Shown here piece by piece: positions 16,199 through 24,340 of a DNA stretch of 57,251 bases. The stretch's first letter is position 1. The number at the start of each line of letters is the position of its first letter. Source of the stretch: a virus (Duplodnaviria > Caudoviricetes). Location of the stretch: IMG/VR virus record IMGVR_UViG_3300046468_000977, positions 1-57,251 of that record; one strand, given 5' to 3'. The position numbers and the translations under genes were made by a program. The notes beneath the pieces were generated by a model, which was not told the origin of the DNA, did not search any database, and saw only the letters and a list, made by a program, of their open reading frames with translations.

Positions 16199-16369
16199 TT
16201 CCAATTAATCCCCATTTATTTCATGTTCTTTTTATCGCCAAACGGCGTCAGTTGAGTTTCTAACCGGCTGAATTTGTTCTTTGAAATCTTAAAAAGGAAA
16301 TCGCGCCTCGTGACAGGGGGCGCTGATAGCTGCAAACCTTTGACCATTGAGCGAAGGTTTTCAGCTATG
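16199..16369 (+). promoter_or_regulatory. Candidate early promoter and structured leader with boxA-like element
   Basis: TTCCAA-17-CATGTT after an AT-rich tract; hairpins at 16236-16247 and 16248-16271; TGTTCTTTGAAA at 16275-16286; further hairpins at 16303-16323 and 16326-16368. Confidence 0.5.
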
Positions 16370-16750
16370 AAAATAATACAGCAAAGAAAGTTAGTTGAAA
16401 TTAAAACCTATTCGCACGAATTCAGTTGCAACGATTGTGAAGGGGCGGGTTACTCCTTCCAGCTTGATACGGAAAAGAAACCAACTCTGAAATCACCAGA
16501 AGCCAAAGAAAATTATCAGGGCTGCCTTACAGGTGAATTTGATGTGAGAGATTTAGGAATTCAAACCCACATAAATCGCTACCGTGAGCCCGCGATAGGG
16601 CAATGCGATTGCGGGGCGAAGTTAGAGCTTCGCGATCCCTTAGATAATTACTGTAAGTGCGGCCAAGTCTTTAATTTGAGCGGGCAACGTGTCACGCCGT
16701 CAAATTATTGTGACGATCTAGGAAACCCTTTATCTGACTACGATTATTAA
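16367..16750 (+). CDS. Early hypothetical protein with Cys pairs (zinc-binding)
   Basis: Start MKIIQQRK; CNDC, CDCG and CKCG motifs. Confidence 0.7.
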   Translation: MKIIQQRKLVEIKTYSHEFSCNDCEGAGYSFQLDTEKKPTLKSPEAKENYQGCLTGEFDVRDLGIQTHINRYREPAIGQCDCGAKLELRDPLDNYCKCGQVFNLSGQRVTPSNYCDDLGNPLSDYDY

Positions 16751-16773
16751 ACCAAACCAAACCAAACCAAACC
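16749..16773 (+). repeat. (AAACC)5 immediately upstream of ATG 16775
   Basis: Read directly. Confidence 0.95.
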
Positions 16774-16774
16774 C

Positions 16775-17242
16775 ATGAAAAACACAAACGAAGCACAAAG
16801 AATTTTCGACCTCACAGAAAACCTGCCTTTCAAGAGAGACATAGAACCCTTGCACTGGACGAAATACCGAAAAAACTACCGTCATTTCATCCTCTCGACT
16901 ATCGAGGCGGAAGAATTAGCGGAGCGGGGATTGCCTGACACGGACGCGGGGAGAATTGATTACATAATATCCCGCTTGGAATCTGAAACGGGGAAAGAAA
17001 TTTTAGGGCGTCACATAATCCTTATCCCCCTTGATATCATCGAACAATGGTTGAGCGGGTTAGCCTTAAACATTCCTTTTGAATATTGGGAGATCTTAGA
17101 ACTGGCGGAAGCTTGCGGATCTTGTCGCTATGACATGACCGACCGACAGAATGAAAAGATAGTAGATAACTATTTCAATTTCATGGCTAATCAAGTTGCT
17201 CTTATGATTAACCAACATAAATTTTCAACCGTAATTTCTTAA
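16775..17242 (+). CDS. Early hypothetical protein
   Basis: 155-aa ORF with EQWLSGLALNIPF motif typical of phage early genes. Confidence 0.75.
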   Translation: MKNTNEAQRIFDLTENLPFKRDIEPLHWTKYRKNYRHFILSTIEAEELAERGLPDTDAGRIDYIISRLESETGKEILGRHIILIPLDIIEQWLSGLALNIPFEYWEILELAEACGSCRYDMTDRQNEKIVDNYFNFMANQVALMINQHKFSTVIS

Positions 17243-17265
17243 ACCAAACCAAACCAAACCAAACC
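17241..17265 (+). repeat. (AAACC)5 immediately upstream of ATG 17267
   Basis: Read directly. Confidence 0.95.
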
Positions 17266-17266
17266 A

Positions 17267-17479
17267 ATGAATAAAACAATATCATTCCCTAATTCTTCCG
17301 AAATCTCAAAGGAAGCTGCCCTAATTTTAATTGGCAACGACGAAAAAAGTTGGCGAGATTTCCAACAAACCGAGCTTGCGGAAGCAACCTTATATCAAGC
17401 TCATGAAGTAAACATAATGGCCCTACATAATTACTTAGCCGGTGTTACACAATACTACATTCAAGACATTAATGCATAA
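17267..17479 (+). CDS. Early hypothetical protein
   Basis: 70-aa ORF in a tight early gene array. Confidence 0.7.
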   Translation: MNKTISFPNSSEISKEAALILIGNDEKSWRDFQQTELAEATLYQAHEVNIMALHNYLAGVTQYYIQDINA

Positions 17480-17483
17480 AGAA

Positions 17484-17957
17484 ATGAAAACGATAGAATA
17501 TGTAATCCCCTCACGCTTCGCTTGTTATCTAGTAAATGGCGATAGTGATACGCTCGAACCTGACGAATTAGAAGCGATTCAAGAATGGGAAAAAGACAAT
17601 CCCGAAATCGGGCCATGCCTCGATGTTGGTGAATGTTATTTCTCATGGAGCAATGACATGTCATCGTTAGGTGGCACATTCGGATTAGGTGGAGACGTTT
17701 CAGAATTCACATTTCAAGATCTATCGAACGGTTTCGAGGATGAACCATTGCCTGCGGGGCGAACGTGTTACGTGCTATTGGAGTTAGAATATTATGAAGA
17801 CGTTAAAAAGGGGTTCAAGTTTCACTCTATAGAAAGAGCTATGCGGTTTGCCAAGAAACAAGGAAAGCGAAGAGCCAATAAAGACAGACCACAAAGTTCG
17901 AGATACAAGGTTGTCTTGGAGAATGGGGAAGACTTTCATCCTTGGAAAAAGATCTAA
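17484..17957 (+). CDS. Early hypothetical protein (acidic N-terminal domain)
   Basis: Start MKTIEYVIPSRFACYLVNGDSDTL, a pattern frequent in phage early genes. Confidence 0.7.
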   Translation: MKTIEYVIPSRFACYLVNGDSDTLEPDELEAIQEWEKDNPEIGPCLDVGECYFSWSNDMSSLGGTFGLGGDVSEFTFQDLSNGFEDEPLPAGRTCYVLLELEYYEDVKKGFKFHSIERAMRFAKKQGKRRANKDRPQSSRYKVVLENGEDFHPWKKI

Positions 17958-17998
17958 AAAAGAATTGAATAAAATAAATCAAGAAGTAAAAAGAATAC

Positions 17999-18223
17999 AT
18001 GAAATTTCAAAAAACAATAGACTTGTGGGCCGATGGCGTGATCGATGCCCTCGAAAAAGGCAATCTTAGATTGCAAAAAGGACAGTGGATTCGATGTGGC
18101 CAATCTGCAAAGTCCCGATTTGTCCAAGTCAAGCAACGCTCAAAAACAATCCACGCCGTTCACCCGAAGGGAGAGGATGGCGTTTCAACCAAGAGGTTCT
18201 CAGACGCCTGTAAATTCTGGTAA
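17999..18223 (+). CDS. Early hypothetical protein
   Basis: 74-aa ORF containing LQKGQWIRCG..KSRFV. Confidence 0.65.
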   Translation: MKFQKTIDLWADGVIDALEKGNLRLQKGQWIRCGQSAKSRFVQVKQRSKTIHAVHPKGEDGVSTKRFSDACKFW

Positions 18224-18243
18224 AAACTAAACTAAACTAAACT
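18224..18243 (+). repeat. (AAACT)4 upstream of ATG 18250
   Basis: Read directly. Confidence 0.9.
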
Positions 18244-18249
18244 AAATAC

Positions 18250-18606
18250 ATGAACACGTTCCAAGAATTCAACGACCTTTTGCAAGGTCGAAACAAATCA
18301 TCGAAAAAGATAGCACATAACACCTACGCCATAAGGCAAGGCGATGACATCGCAATCCGGCTGCACTTGACTGACATCATAGTCTTCTCCCCTTGTGGCG
18401 ATACCGTCTACAATACGGGAGGCTGGTATTCAGTGACGACCAAGCAGCGACTTAACCGCTTCGGACCCGTAGGAGTTCACCAAAAAAAGGGGGAATGGTA
18501 TTACTATGATGATACCCCCTTCATCGATGGGGCATCCGTAGGGCGATGGGTAAAAACCCCGCTTGATCTTGGCGGTATGGCCACCATTTCCAAGGTAACA
18601 AACTAA
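18250..18606 (+). CDS. Early hypothetical protein
   Basis: TGGWYSVTTKQRLN motif, common in phage early proteins. Confidence 0.75.
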   Translation: MNTFQEFNDLLQGRNKSSKKIAHNTYAIRQGDDIAIRLHLTDIIVFSPCGDTVYNTGGWYSVTTKQRLNRFGPVGVHQKKGEWYYYDDTPFIDGASVGRWVKTPLDLGGMATISKVTN

Positions 18607-18610
18607 CGCT

Positions 18611-18766
18611 ATGACCTACATCCAAAGAAAAGGAGACGGATATCTTGAGACAGTTGACTCATTCGACAGTCGCAAAGAAGCGAGGGAAGCACTCCAAGAG
18701 TATCGACTCGCGGACCCTTACGCTCTCTATTACATATCTCAAAGACCGTGCAACGATTGGAACTAA
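18611..18766 (+). CDS. 51-aa early protein (not in the ORF track)
   Basis: MTYIQRKGDGYLETVDSFDSRKEAREALQEYRLADPYALYYISQRPCNDWN fills the gap between neighbours. Confidence 0.7.
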   Translation: MTYIQRKGDGYLETVDSFDSRKEAREALQEYRLADPYALYYISQRPCNDWN

Positions 18767-18770
18767 TACA

Positions 18771-18983
18771 ATGAAAATTAAATTTACACACAAGAAAAAC
18801 GGGAAGACTAAAAGCGCCGTGATCACGCAAGAGAAATACTTCTCCTATCTTGCGAGCTTACACCAAGGCTTAGGAATTCCGATGGTGCGTCTCATATCCG
18901 ATAAAGCGCGGGTAACGGAAGGTGAGGTTGTGAGATACGCTAACCACAAAGAAACTATTATTTTTGAAAAGGTGACGTCATGA
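18771..18983 (+). CDS. Early hypothetical protein
   Basis: Start MKIKFTHKK; ATGA overlap with the next gene. Confidence 0.6.
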   Translation: MKIKFTHKKNGKTKSAVITQEKYFSYLASLHQGLGIPMVRLISDKARVTEGEVVRYANHKETIIFEKVTS

Positions 18984-19330
18984 ACACAAAGAAATTACTT
19001 GAAGCCCTCCTTCACTCTTACATTGAGACTCACGACCTTGAACATATCTACAACGGCGACGGCACTCTGTTGACTACACTTGATGAAGCTACAAGGTTCA
19101 TTGATGGGTTAAAAAAGGACGTTGAACCATACCAAATGAAGATTAAAAATTACATAGTTGTAATGGAGGAGACAAACCGCTTGCAGTTTGAAGTTGAAGC
19201 CTCTTCGGAGGATGAGGCTATCGACTTAGTTGAGACTGGAGAGGCGGGAGATCCGAACGATCAAAGGTCGATGGAGTTTAACTGTCTTGCTGTAAAAGAA
19301 AGAAAGAAAGAAAGGAACCTTGAACCATGA
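18980..19330 (+). CDS. Hypothetical protein with DpnD/PcfM-like C-terminal motif
   Basis: Y.V..EET....FEVEASSEDEAI..V. Confidence 0.6.
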   Translation: MNTKKLLEALLHSYIETHDLEHIYNGDGTLLTTLDEATRFIDGLKKDVEPYQMKIKNYIVVMEETNRLQFEVEASSEDEAIDLVETGEAGDPNDQRSMEFNCLAVKERKKERNLEP

Positions 19331-19875
19331 ATCTTAAAACCTGCACTGGCTGCGATGAAGAGTTGCCACCGGACTCATTCAACAAAGACGCCGAAAAAAA
19401 GGATGGGCTTCAAACCCAATGCCGCCCTTGCAAACGCAAGGCCCAGCGGAAGGACTACCATAAAAAGAAGGATGTCTACGCTGACCGAAGGAGAGCCGCC
19501 TACAAGAAGGCACCCGAAAAGAAGAGCGCACACGAGGCCGTCAGGCGAGCGATCAAGAAAGGTGTTCTTACTAGACCTACCTCTTGCACCCAATGCGGGA
19601 ATTCTAAGATGAGGATCGAAGCACACCACCACCTTGGCTACGCTAGGGAGCATCAGCTAGACGTTGTATTCCTATGCACCTCCTGCCATAGAGCGAGTGA
19701 AGATCCCATCATTCCAATTAGGAAAGATCTTGAATGGGACATGATAGACATCATCCACACATTTTTGATTGAACAAGCGGGCAAGTTTCATAACCACATT
19801 GAATCATTCGATTCGCACGTAACCTCCCAACAGATCACGGATACCCTGTGGGAAATGATGGAAGATAGACTATGA
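19327..19875 (+). CDS. HNH endonuclease-like protein with zinc-finger N-terminus
   Basis: CTGC...CRPC; CTQCG...EAHH...VVFLCTSCH. Confidence 0.75.
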   Translation: MNLKTCTGCDEELPPDSFNKDAEKKDGLQTQCRPCKRKAQRKDYHKKKDVYADRRRAAYKKAPEKKSAHEAVRRAIKKGVLTRPTSCTQCGNSKMRIEAHHHLGYAREHQLDVVFLCTSCHRASEDPIIPIRKDLEWDMIDIIHTFLIEQAGKFHNHIESFDSHVTSQQITDTLWEMMEDRL

Positions 19876-19929
19876 ACCCTGACCCCTGCACCTTGAACCC
19901 TGATACAGGGTGCAGCAATCAGGAATCAG
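19875..19929. repeat. Direct-then-inverted 7-bp array
   Basis: aaccctg-acccctg-caccttg-aaccctg-ata-cagggtg-cagcaat-caggaat-cag. Confidence 0.8.
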
Positions 19930-19942
19930 CCTGAGTTAAAAC

Positions 19943-20158
19943 ATGAAAGAACAAATGAAACTATTAAGCCATAAAGGAATAGACCTCCATGATTACTTCG
20001 CTGCCCAAGCTTTGAGTATGCGCCACATGAGAACTGTTCCGGTGGATCAGCAAGCACGAAAGGCGAATGACATCGCCGACTACATGGTCGCCGAGAAAGA
20101 ATACCGTTTTGCAAAGCGGATCAGGAAACAACTACCAACCAACAAAATAAACAAATGA
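19943..20158 (+). CDS. Small phage protein of the RDYFAA...AD.M family
   Basis: LHDYFAAQAL...IADYMVAE. Confidence 0.7.
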   Translation: MKEQMKLLSHKGIDLHDYFAAQALSMRHMRTVPVDQQARKANDIADYMVAEKEYRFAKRIRKQLPTNKINK

Positions 20159-20541
20159 AAAAACAAAGAAGAAAACGTCACGCCTATGGACACGATAGCT
20201 CTCTGACTGCAGTCATGTCAGACAAGCCTCAATACTTCTCGTTCCCGAGCAAGTATCACCGTGATCGATGGGTGCAGAAGGATGATGTCAATCGCTCATC
20301 TGTCTCTTCGCTCGACAGTAGTCTAGTGAAGGCTCTCAGAACCGGAAGAGTGCAGGAAGTGAGTGCGAAATCAGCCGTGTCTCGTATTGATGACATCATC
20401 GAGAACCTCAATGCTGACCTCAAATATTTGAAGAAGCAGGAGACCATACTTCAACATGAGTTGGAGGAGTGCGAGAAGGAGACGAATCGGATTTGGAAAA
20501 TTATCCACTCGCTTGAAGCTCAACTCGAACACGTATCATAA
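20155..20541 (+). CDS. Hypothetical protein with C-terminal coiled coil
   Basis: ATGA-coupled ORF. Confidence 0.65.
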   Translation: MKKQRRKRHAYGHDSSLTAVMSDKPQYFSFPSKYHRDRWVQKDDVNRSSVSSLDSSLVKALRTGRVQEVSAKSAVSRIDDIIENLNADLKYLKKQETILQHELEECEKETNRIWKIIHSLEAQLEHVS

Positions 20542-20858
20542 TGATCACGCTCATCGTAGTGTCCCCGCTTATCGCGGGGGCGCTCGTCCTCTTCCTCTTC
20601 CGATCTGGATCGTCATTTGATGGTGACCTAAGTCGGTATGCAAATTACATTCGGAGGCTTACGATCATCGAAGAGATCGCCGCCGATGCGGTAGCCGCTG
20701 ATCTATCACCGTGGAAGCAGACCTGTTACGTCGATGATCAAGTGATGAAGCGATTCAATCTCTGGCCTGTGAACCAGATCGATGGGGATTACCTACTCCT
20801 CGTTGACTATGCGAGTCAAGTGTTCGAGGAAACCAAACGCTTACGTGGAAAGAATTGA
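20541..20858 (+). CDS. Membrane-anchored hypothetical protein
   Basis: N-terminal hydrophobic helix MITLIVVSPLIAGALVLFLF. Confidence 0.65.
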   Translation: MITLIVVSPLIAGALVLFLFRSGSSFDGDLSRYANYIRRLTIIEEIAADAVAADLSPWKQTCYVDDQVMKRFNLWPVNQIDGDYLLLVDYASQVFEETKRLRGKN

Positions 20859-20882
20859 CAACCAACCCAGCCCTGATACCTT
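20855..20882 (+). promoter_or_regulatory. Sigma70-type promoter
   Basis: TTGACA-16 nt-TACCTT; leader ends in (CTAAATAC)2-ATG. Confidence 0.55.
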
Positions 20883-20908
20883 GGGGCTTCAACTAAATAC
20901 CTAAATAC

Positions 20909-21346
20909 ATGGCAACTAAACTAGAAGTTCCCGTCATACGGGAGATAAAGATAGGCGAGAAAGATTATCTCGCGTCGATGGTCCCTCACCCGAACCTACC
21001 CCCTCGTTTCGTGCTTCGACAGAAGAGGCACAAACATGAGGACTCCGTTGAGATGGCATCGCTTTTGAATGGGATCTCGAAACCCGCCGAGCGTACGGAA
21101 AAGCGTATCCCAAGGGGGCGAACCCTGTCGGCGAAAGAGATCCGCTCCAAGATATCAGAGCAGGACATTCCTGCGGAGACGAAGCTGGTCCTTCAGTCAA
21201 TCGTCGATGACCTGTTCGCCGTCGAGGAAGAGGACATGGGGTTCGGTCAGTTAAAGTATTGCCCACTATGCCATGAGGTATCGCGAGCTGATAAATTCGT
21301 TTCATACAAATGCCCCGAGTGCCACCAAAAATACCCAAACAAATGA
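20909..21346 (+). CDS. Hypothetical protein with C-terminal zinc ribbon
   Basis: CPLC...CPEC. Confidence 0.65.
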   Translation: MATKLEVPVIREIKIGEKDYLASMVPHPNLPPRFVLRQKRHKHEDSVEMASLLNGISKPAERTEKRIPRGRTLSAKEIRSKISEQDIPAETKLVLQSIVDDLFAVEEEDMGFGQLKYCPLCHEVSRADKFVSYKCPECHQKYPNK

Positions 21347-21651
21347 CACAAGAGATGTTAGACAATCCCACCATGATGCAGGAGTGTATCGTGGTGGATA
21401 CAACCCGCCTCATCAAAGAGGCTGCAAAAGAGTTTAACCTACCACCTCAATGGATCATGTCAGCGATGGCTAAGGCCCCGAAGGGGAGGACTTTCAGGAC
21501 TCGAATCGAGTCGAGCCATGCTCGCCACCGAGTGATTACTGAACTAGCCGACATGGGGTATCCCCGAGATCTCATCGCTCGATCATTTGATCTTGGTCGA
21601 GACTCAATCAACACGATTATCCGTGAATTCAGAAAAAAGAACCATGAATGA
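21343..21651 (+). CDS. Putative DNA-binding protein (DnaA C-terminal/TrpR-like HTH)
   Basis: SHARHRVITEL..MGYPRDLIARSFDLGRDSINTII. Confidence 0.55.
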   Translation: MTQEMLDNPTMMQECIVVDTTRLIKEAAKEFNLPPQWIMSAMAKAPKGRTFRTRIESSHARHRVITELADMGYPRDLIARSFDLGRDSINTIIREFRKKNHE

Positions 21652-21838
21652 TATAATTAAACACCTCACCGAGGCAGAACAAGTAAGGGTCCAACTCCTC
21701 CATGATGAGGTGGCTCTTTTAAATCAAAAGATCACTCGCGTGAGCAACCAACGCGACAGTCTGAATCGTGAGATCACGCGCATCGTGAACCTTGAACCCT
21801 TAAACATGAATCCAGATGCTGGTAAGACGACTGACTAA
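21644..21838 (+). CDS. Small coiled-coil protein
   Basis: Start MNDIIKHLTEAEQ; heptad pattern. Confidence 0.6.
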   Translation: MNDIIKHLTEAEQVRVQLLHDEVALLNQKITRVSNQRDSLNREITRIVNLEPLNMNPDAGKTTD

Positions 21839-22106
21839 GGGACTCTACGAGGTCCATGATATGTGTCGGTCGCATTACAGGGTGGAGGACATCCATCGCC
21901 TCGGAGCATTCGACATTACCGAACTGATCCCCCTCGGATCTTCACCATCTGATTACAGGTGGGGGATCTGGGAGCAGAGCGAGGGTGAGTGGACCCACAT
22001 CGATGGTAACCCGACTCTCAAAGAGTGCCTTGAAGTAATTGAAACGCTGGCAGCAGCCAGCCAACTAGGAATAGAAGAAGATGAAGATGATAATGAATAT
22101 AATTAA
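21816..22106 (+). CDS. Hypothetical protein
   Basis: 96-aa ORF in the array. Confidence 0.6.
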   Translation: MLVRRLTKGLYEVHDMCRSHYRVEDIHRLGAFDITELIPLGSSPSDYRWGIWEQSEGEWTHIDGNPTLKECLEVIETLAAASQLGIEEDEDDNEYN

Positions 22107-22299
22107 TAGAAGAAGAGTGCCACGTTTGAGTGAACACACCCCGCTTCAGCGGATTTTGTTTAATGATCAGGTGAGGCAAAGATTATCCCAGCCGATTAAA
22201 GATGATCCATACACTCTGTGCCTCAACAAGGGGACAGGAGCATGGATGGAGTGGTGTGGAGTAACTTGGATCAGGAAGAGACATGAAGACTCTGTTTGA
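22081..22299 (+). CDS. Hypothetical protein
   Basis: 72-aa ORF filling the gap before the helicase; start uncertain. Confidence 0.45.
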   Translation: MKMIMNIINRRRVPRLSEHTPLQRILFNDQVRQRLSQPIKDDPYTLCLNKGTGAWMEWCGVTWIRKRHEDSV

Positions 22300-23656
22300 A
22301 CCCCAGCGAAAAGCCGCTGACTTCTTCTTGTCTGTTATTAAAGACGGTAGGAACACGCTTGATTCATCGCAGATGGGAACTGGTAAGACTGTGGTCGGCT
22401 CTCAAGTCGCTCTATCTCTACTTGAGCAGGGCGAGATTGATCACGTTGCAGTGCTATGCCCCAAGGCAGTATTCCCAACATGGAAGTCAGAGCTTGAGGA
22501 AGTGGGTATTGATCCACTGTTCATCCTCAATGTCGAGAAGTTGAGGACGGGTAAGAGTGAATGGGTTAGTAAGATAGGGAAGAAGACATACAACTGGAAG
22601 CTCCCACCCAAGACACTCATGCTTGTCGATGAGATTCATAAACTCAAAGGACCGTGGACTATGAACGCCAACCTCCTGATTGCTTTGGTGAAACAGGGAG
22701 TCCGAGTGCATGGTATGAGTGGAACCCCGTGTGATTCTCCATTGGAGATGAGACCCTTGGGTTATATGTTGAAGCTCCACTCGAACGATGTTTCGAGGGG
22801 GAACCTGCCCAGCTATTTCAAATGGATGACAATGCTGAAGTGTGGTAAGGGGCATTGGGGTGGGTATGAAATGAGAGACCCGAGGTTCGCACTGAACTGG
22901 TTGAGGAATGCAATGTATGGGACATCGACCCACGGTCTGACCGTCGATGATTTCCCTGACTCCTTTAAAGACAACCGAGTCCTCGTAGACCCCATCGAAT
23001 TCACGGCGAACAACAAGATCAACAAGGCATACAAGGAGTTGAATATGTCTGCCGAGGATGTGAAGTCTTACATTGAAGACGGGAAGATCTCCGAACGATT
23101 GATGAATGCCCAAGAAGAAGATGACGATCCGATGATCGTGAAGATCCTTCGAGCTAGGCAGGAGTGTGAGTTGCTCAAGATCAAAGACATATCGACGATG
23201 GCAATGGATGCCGTCGAGGAAGGACATAACGTGGTGGTCTTTCTGAATTTCAGTGAGTCGCTTAGGGATCTATCTGCCCTGATTGGGTGTGATTATATTG
23301 ACGGCTCGACCCCACCAACTAAGCGTAATGAATTGATCGATGCATTCCAACGCGATGAGATAAACATCCTAGTAATTAACGCTGCCACTGGGGGGACAGG
23401 AATCTCTCTCCACGACACTCACGGCAATCGACCCCGCCTCTCCTTGATCTCTCCCAGTTTTAACGCCAAAGAATTCGCTCAAGTAATCGGGCGCATTCAC
23501 AGGAACGGGGCGAAGAGCGATGCTCTTCAACGTGTCCTGTTATCCCACGGTTCCATTGAGGAATACGTAATGAAAGCTATTGATCGAAAGCTTGCCAACA
23601 TGAAAACGATCCACCAATCTGAACCCTGTATCCTGAACACTACTCATTATGAATGA
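22283..23656 (+). CDS. Superfamily 2 (SNF2-like) helicase
   Basis: Walker A SQMGTGKT, DEIH, SGTP, GTGISL, QVIGRIHR. Confidence 0.9.
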   Translation: MKTLFEPQRKAADFFLSVIKDGRNTLDSSQMGTGKTVVGSQVALSLLEQGEIDHVAVLCPKAVFPTWKSELEEVGIDPLFILNVEKLRTGKSEWVSKIGKKTYNWKLPPKTLMLVDEIHKLKGPWTMNANLLIALVKQGVRVHGMSGTPCDSPLEMRPLGYMLKLHSNDVSRGNLPSYFKWMTMLKCGKGHWGGYEMRDPRFALNWLRNAMYGTSTHGLTVDDFPDSFKDNRVLVDPIEFTANNKINKAYKELNMSAEDVKSYIEDGKISERLMNAQEEDDDPMIVKILRARQECELLKIKDISTMAMDAVEEGHNVVVFLNFSESLRDLSALIGCDYIDGSTPPTKRNELIDAFQRDEINILVINAATGGTGISLHDTHGNRPRLSLISPSFNAKEFAQVIGRIHRNGAKSDALQRVLLSHGSIEEYVMKAIDRKLANMKTIHQSEPCILNTTHYE

Positions 23657-23951
23657 ACCCACGAACACATTCACCGCAGATCTGATGCTCGAATCAGATT
23701 ACTTCGACGGTGAGAAAATAAAACTGTCACTCAAATCAAAGAGAGACAACCACATAAACAACCCATCGGGGTGGTCTATCATTGCATTCTCCCCATCGGC
23801 AAGCATACGATGTGTCCGAGGGCATCAAGCGAAGCACGTTGATATCTTTATAAGGACACTCCAAACTCTGATAGGTAACCATGACGAGTTGGTCTTCTTT
23901 GAAATCAGAGATGCCATAGCAAGAATAACCCAAGCCGAACTAGCAGCATGA
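23649..23951 (+). CDS. Hypothetical protein
   Basis: 100-aa ORF overlapping its neighbours. Confidence 0.55.
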   Translation: MNEPTNTFTADLMLESDYFDGEKIKLSLKSKRDNHINNPSGWSIIAFSPSASIRCVRGHQAKHVDIFIRTLQTLIGNHDELVFFEIRDAIARITQAELAA

Positions 23952-24340
23952 CTCAGGAAGAACTACTCAAGATGCATGAGAATACATGCAACAAATGCCG
24001 CCGCATAATGGAGCGTAAGAACTCTGATTATACAGGGGGGAAAGAAGCGGAGGATGTCTTTGCTAATTTCCGATCTGCTACTTACCTTGGTGTGCATCCT
24101 GTAACTGGAATCCTGATGCGTGTAATGGATAAGATCCAAAGGATTCGGACGTTTACGAACGATGGTGCATTGAGCGTGAGCGATGAGTCAGTTGACGATG
24201 CCTTCGAAGACATCATTAACTACGCCATCTTAGGTAAGGCAATGTTGAAACAAGAAAAAAGGGAGCAGCCAGATCCACTGACTGATCCCTTGGATGAGAT
24301 TGAAACTTATTACAGGTTATCTACTGATCACAAAGACTAG
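23948..24340 (+). CDS. Nucleotide-modification-associated domain 1 (DUF1599/Nmad1)-like protein
   Basis: KNSDY...FANF...GILMRVMDKIQRI...DAFEDIINYA. Confidence 0.75.
   Translation: MTQEELLKMHENTCNKCRRIMERKNSDYTGGKEAEDVFANFRSATYLGVHPVTGILMRVMDKIQRIRTFTNDGALSVSDESVDDAFEDIINYAILGKAMLKQEKREQPDPLTDPLDEIETYYRLSTDHKD

Noticed and set aside
22487-23227. 246-aa antisense ORF within the helicase
   Set aside because: No recognisable motifs; entirely opposite a well-supported gene.
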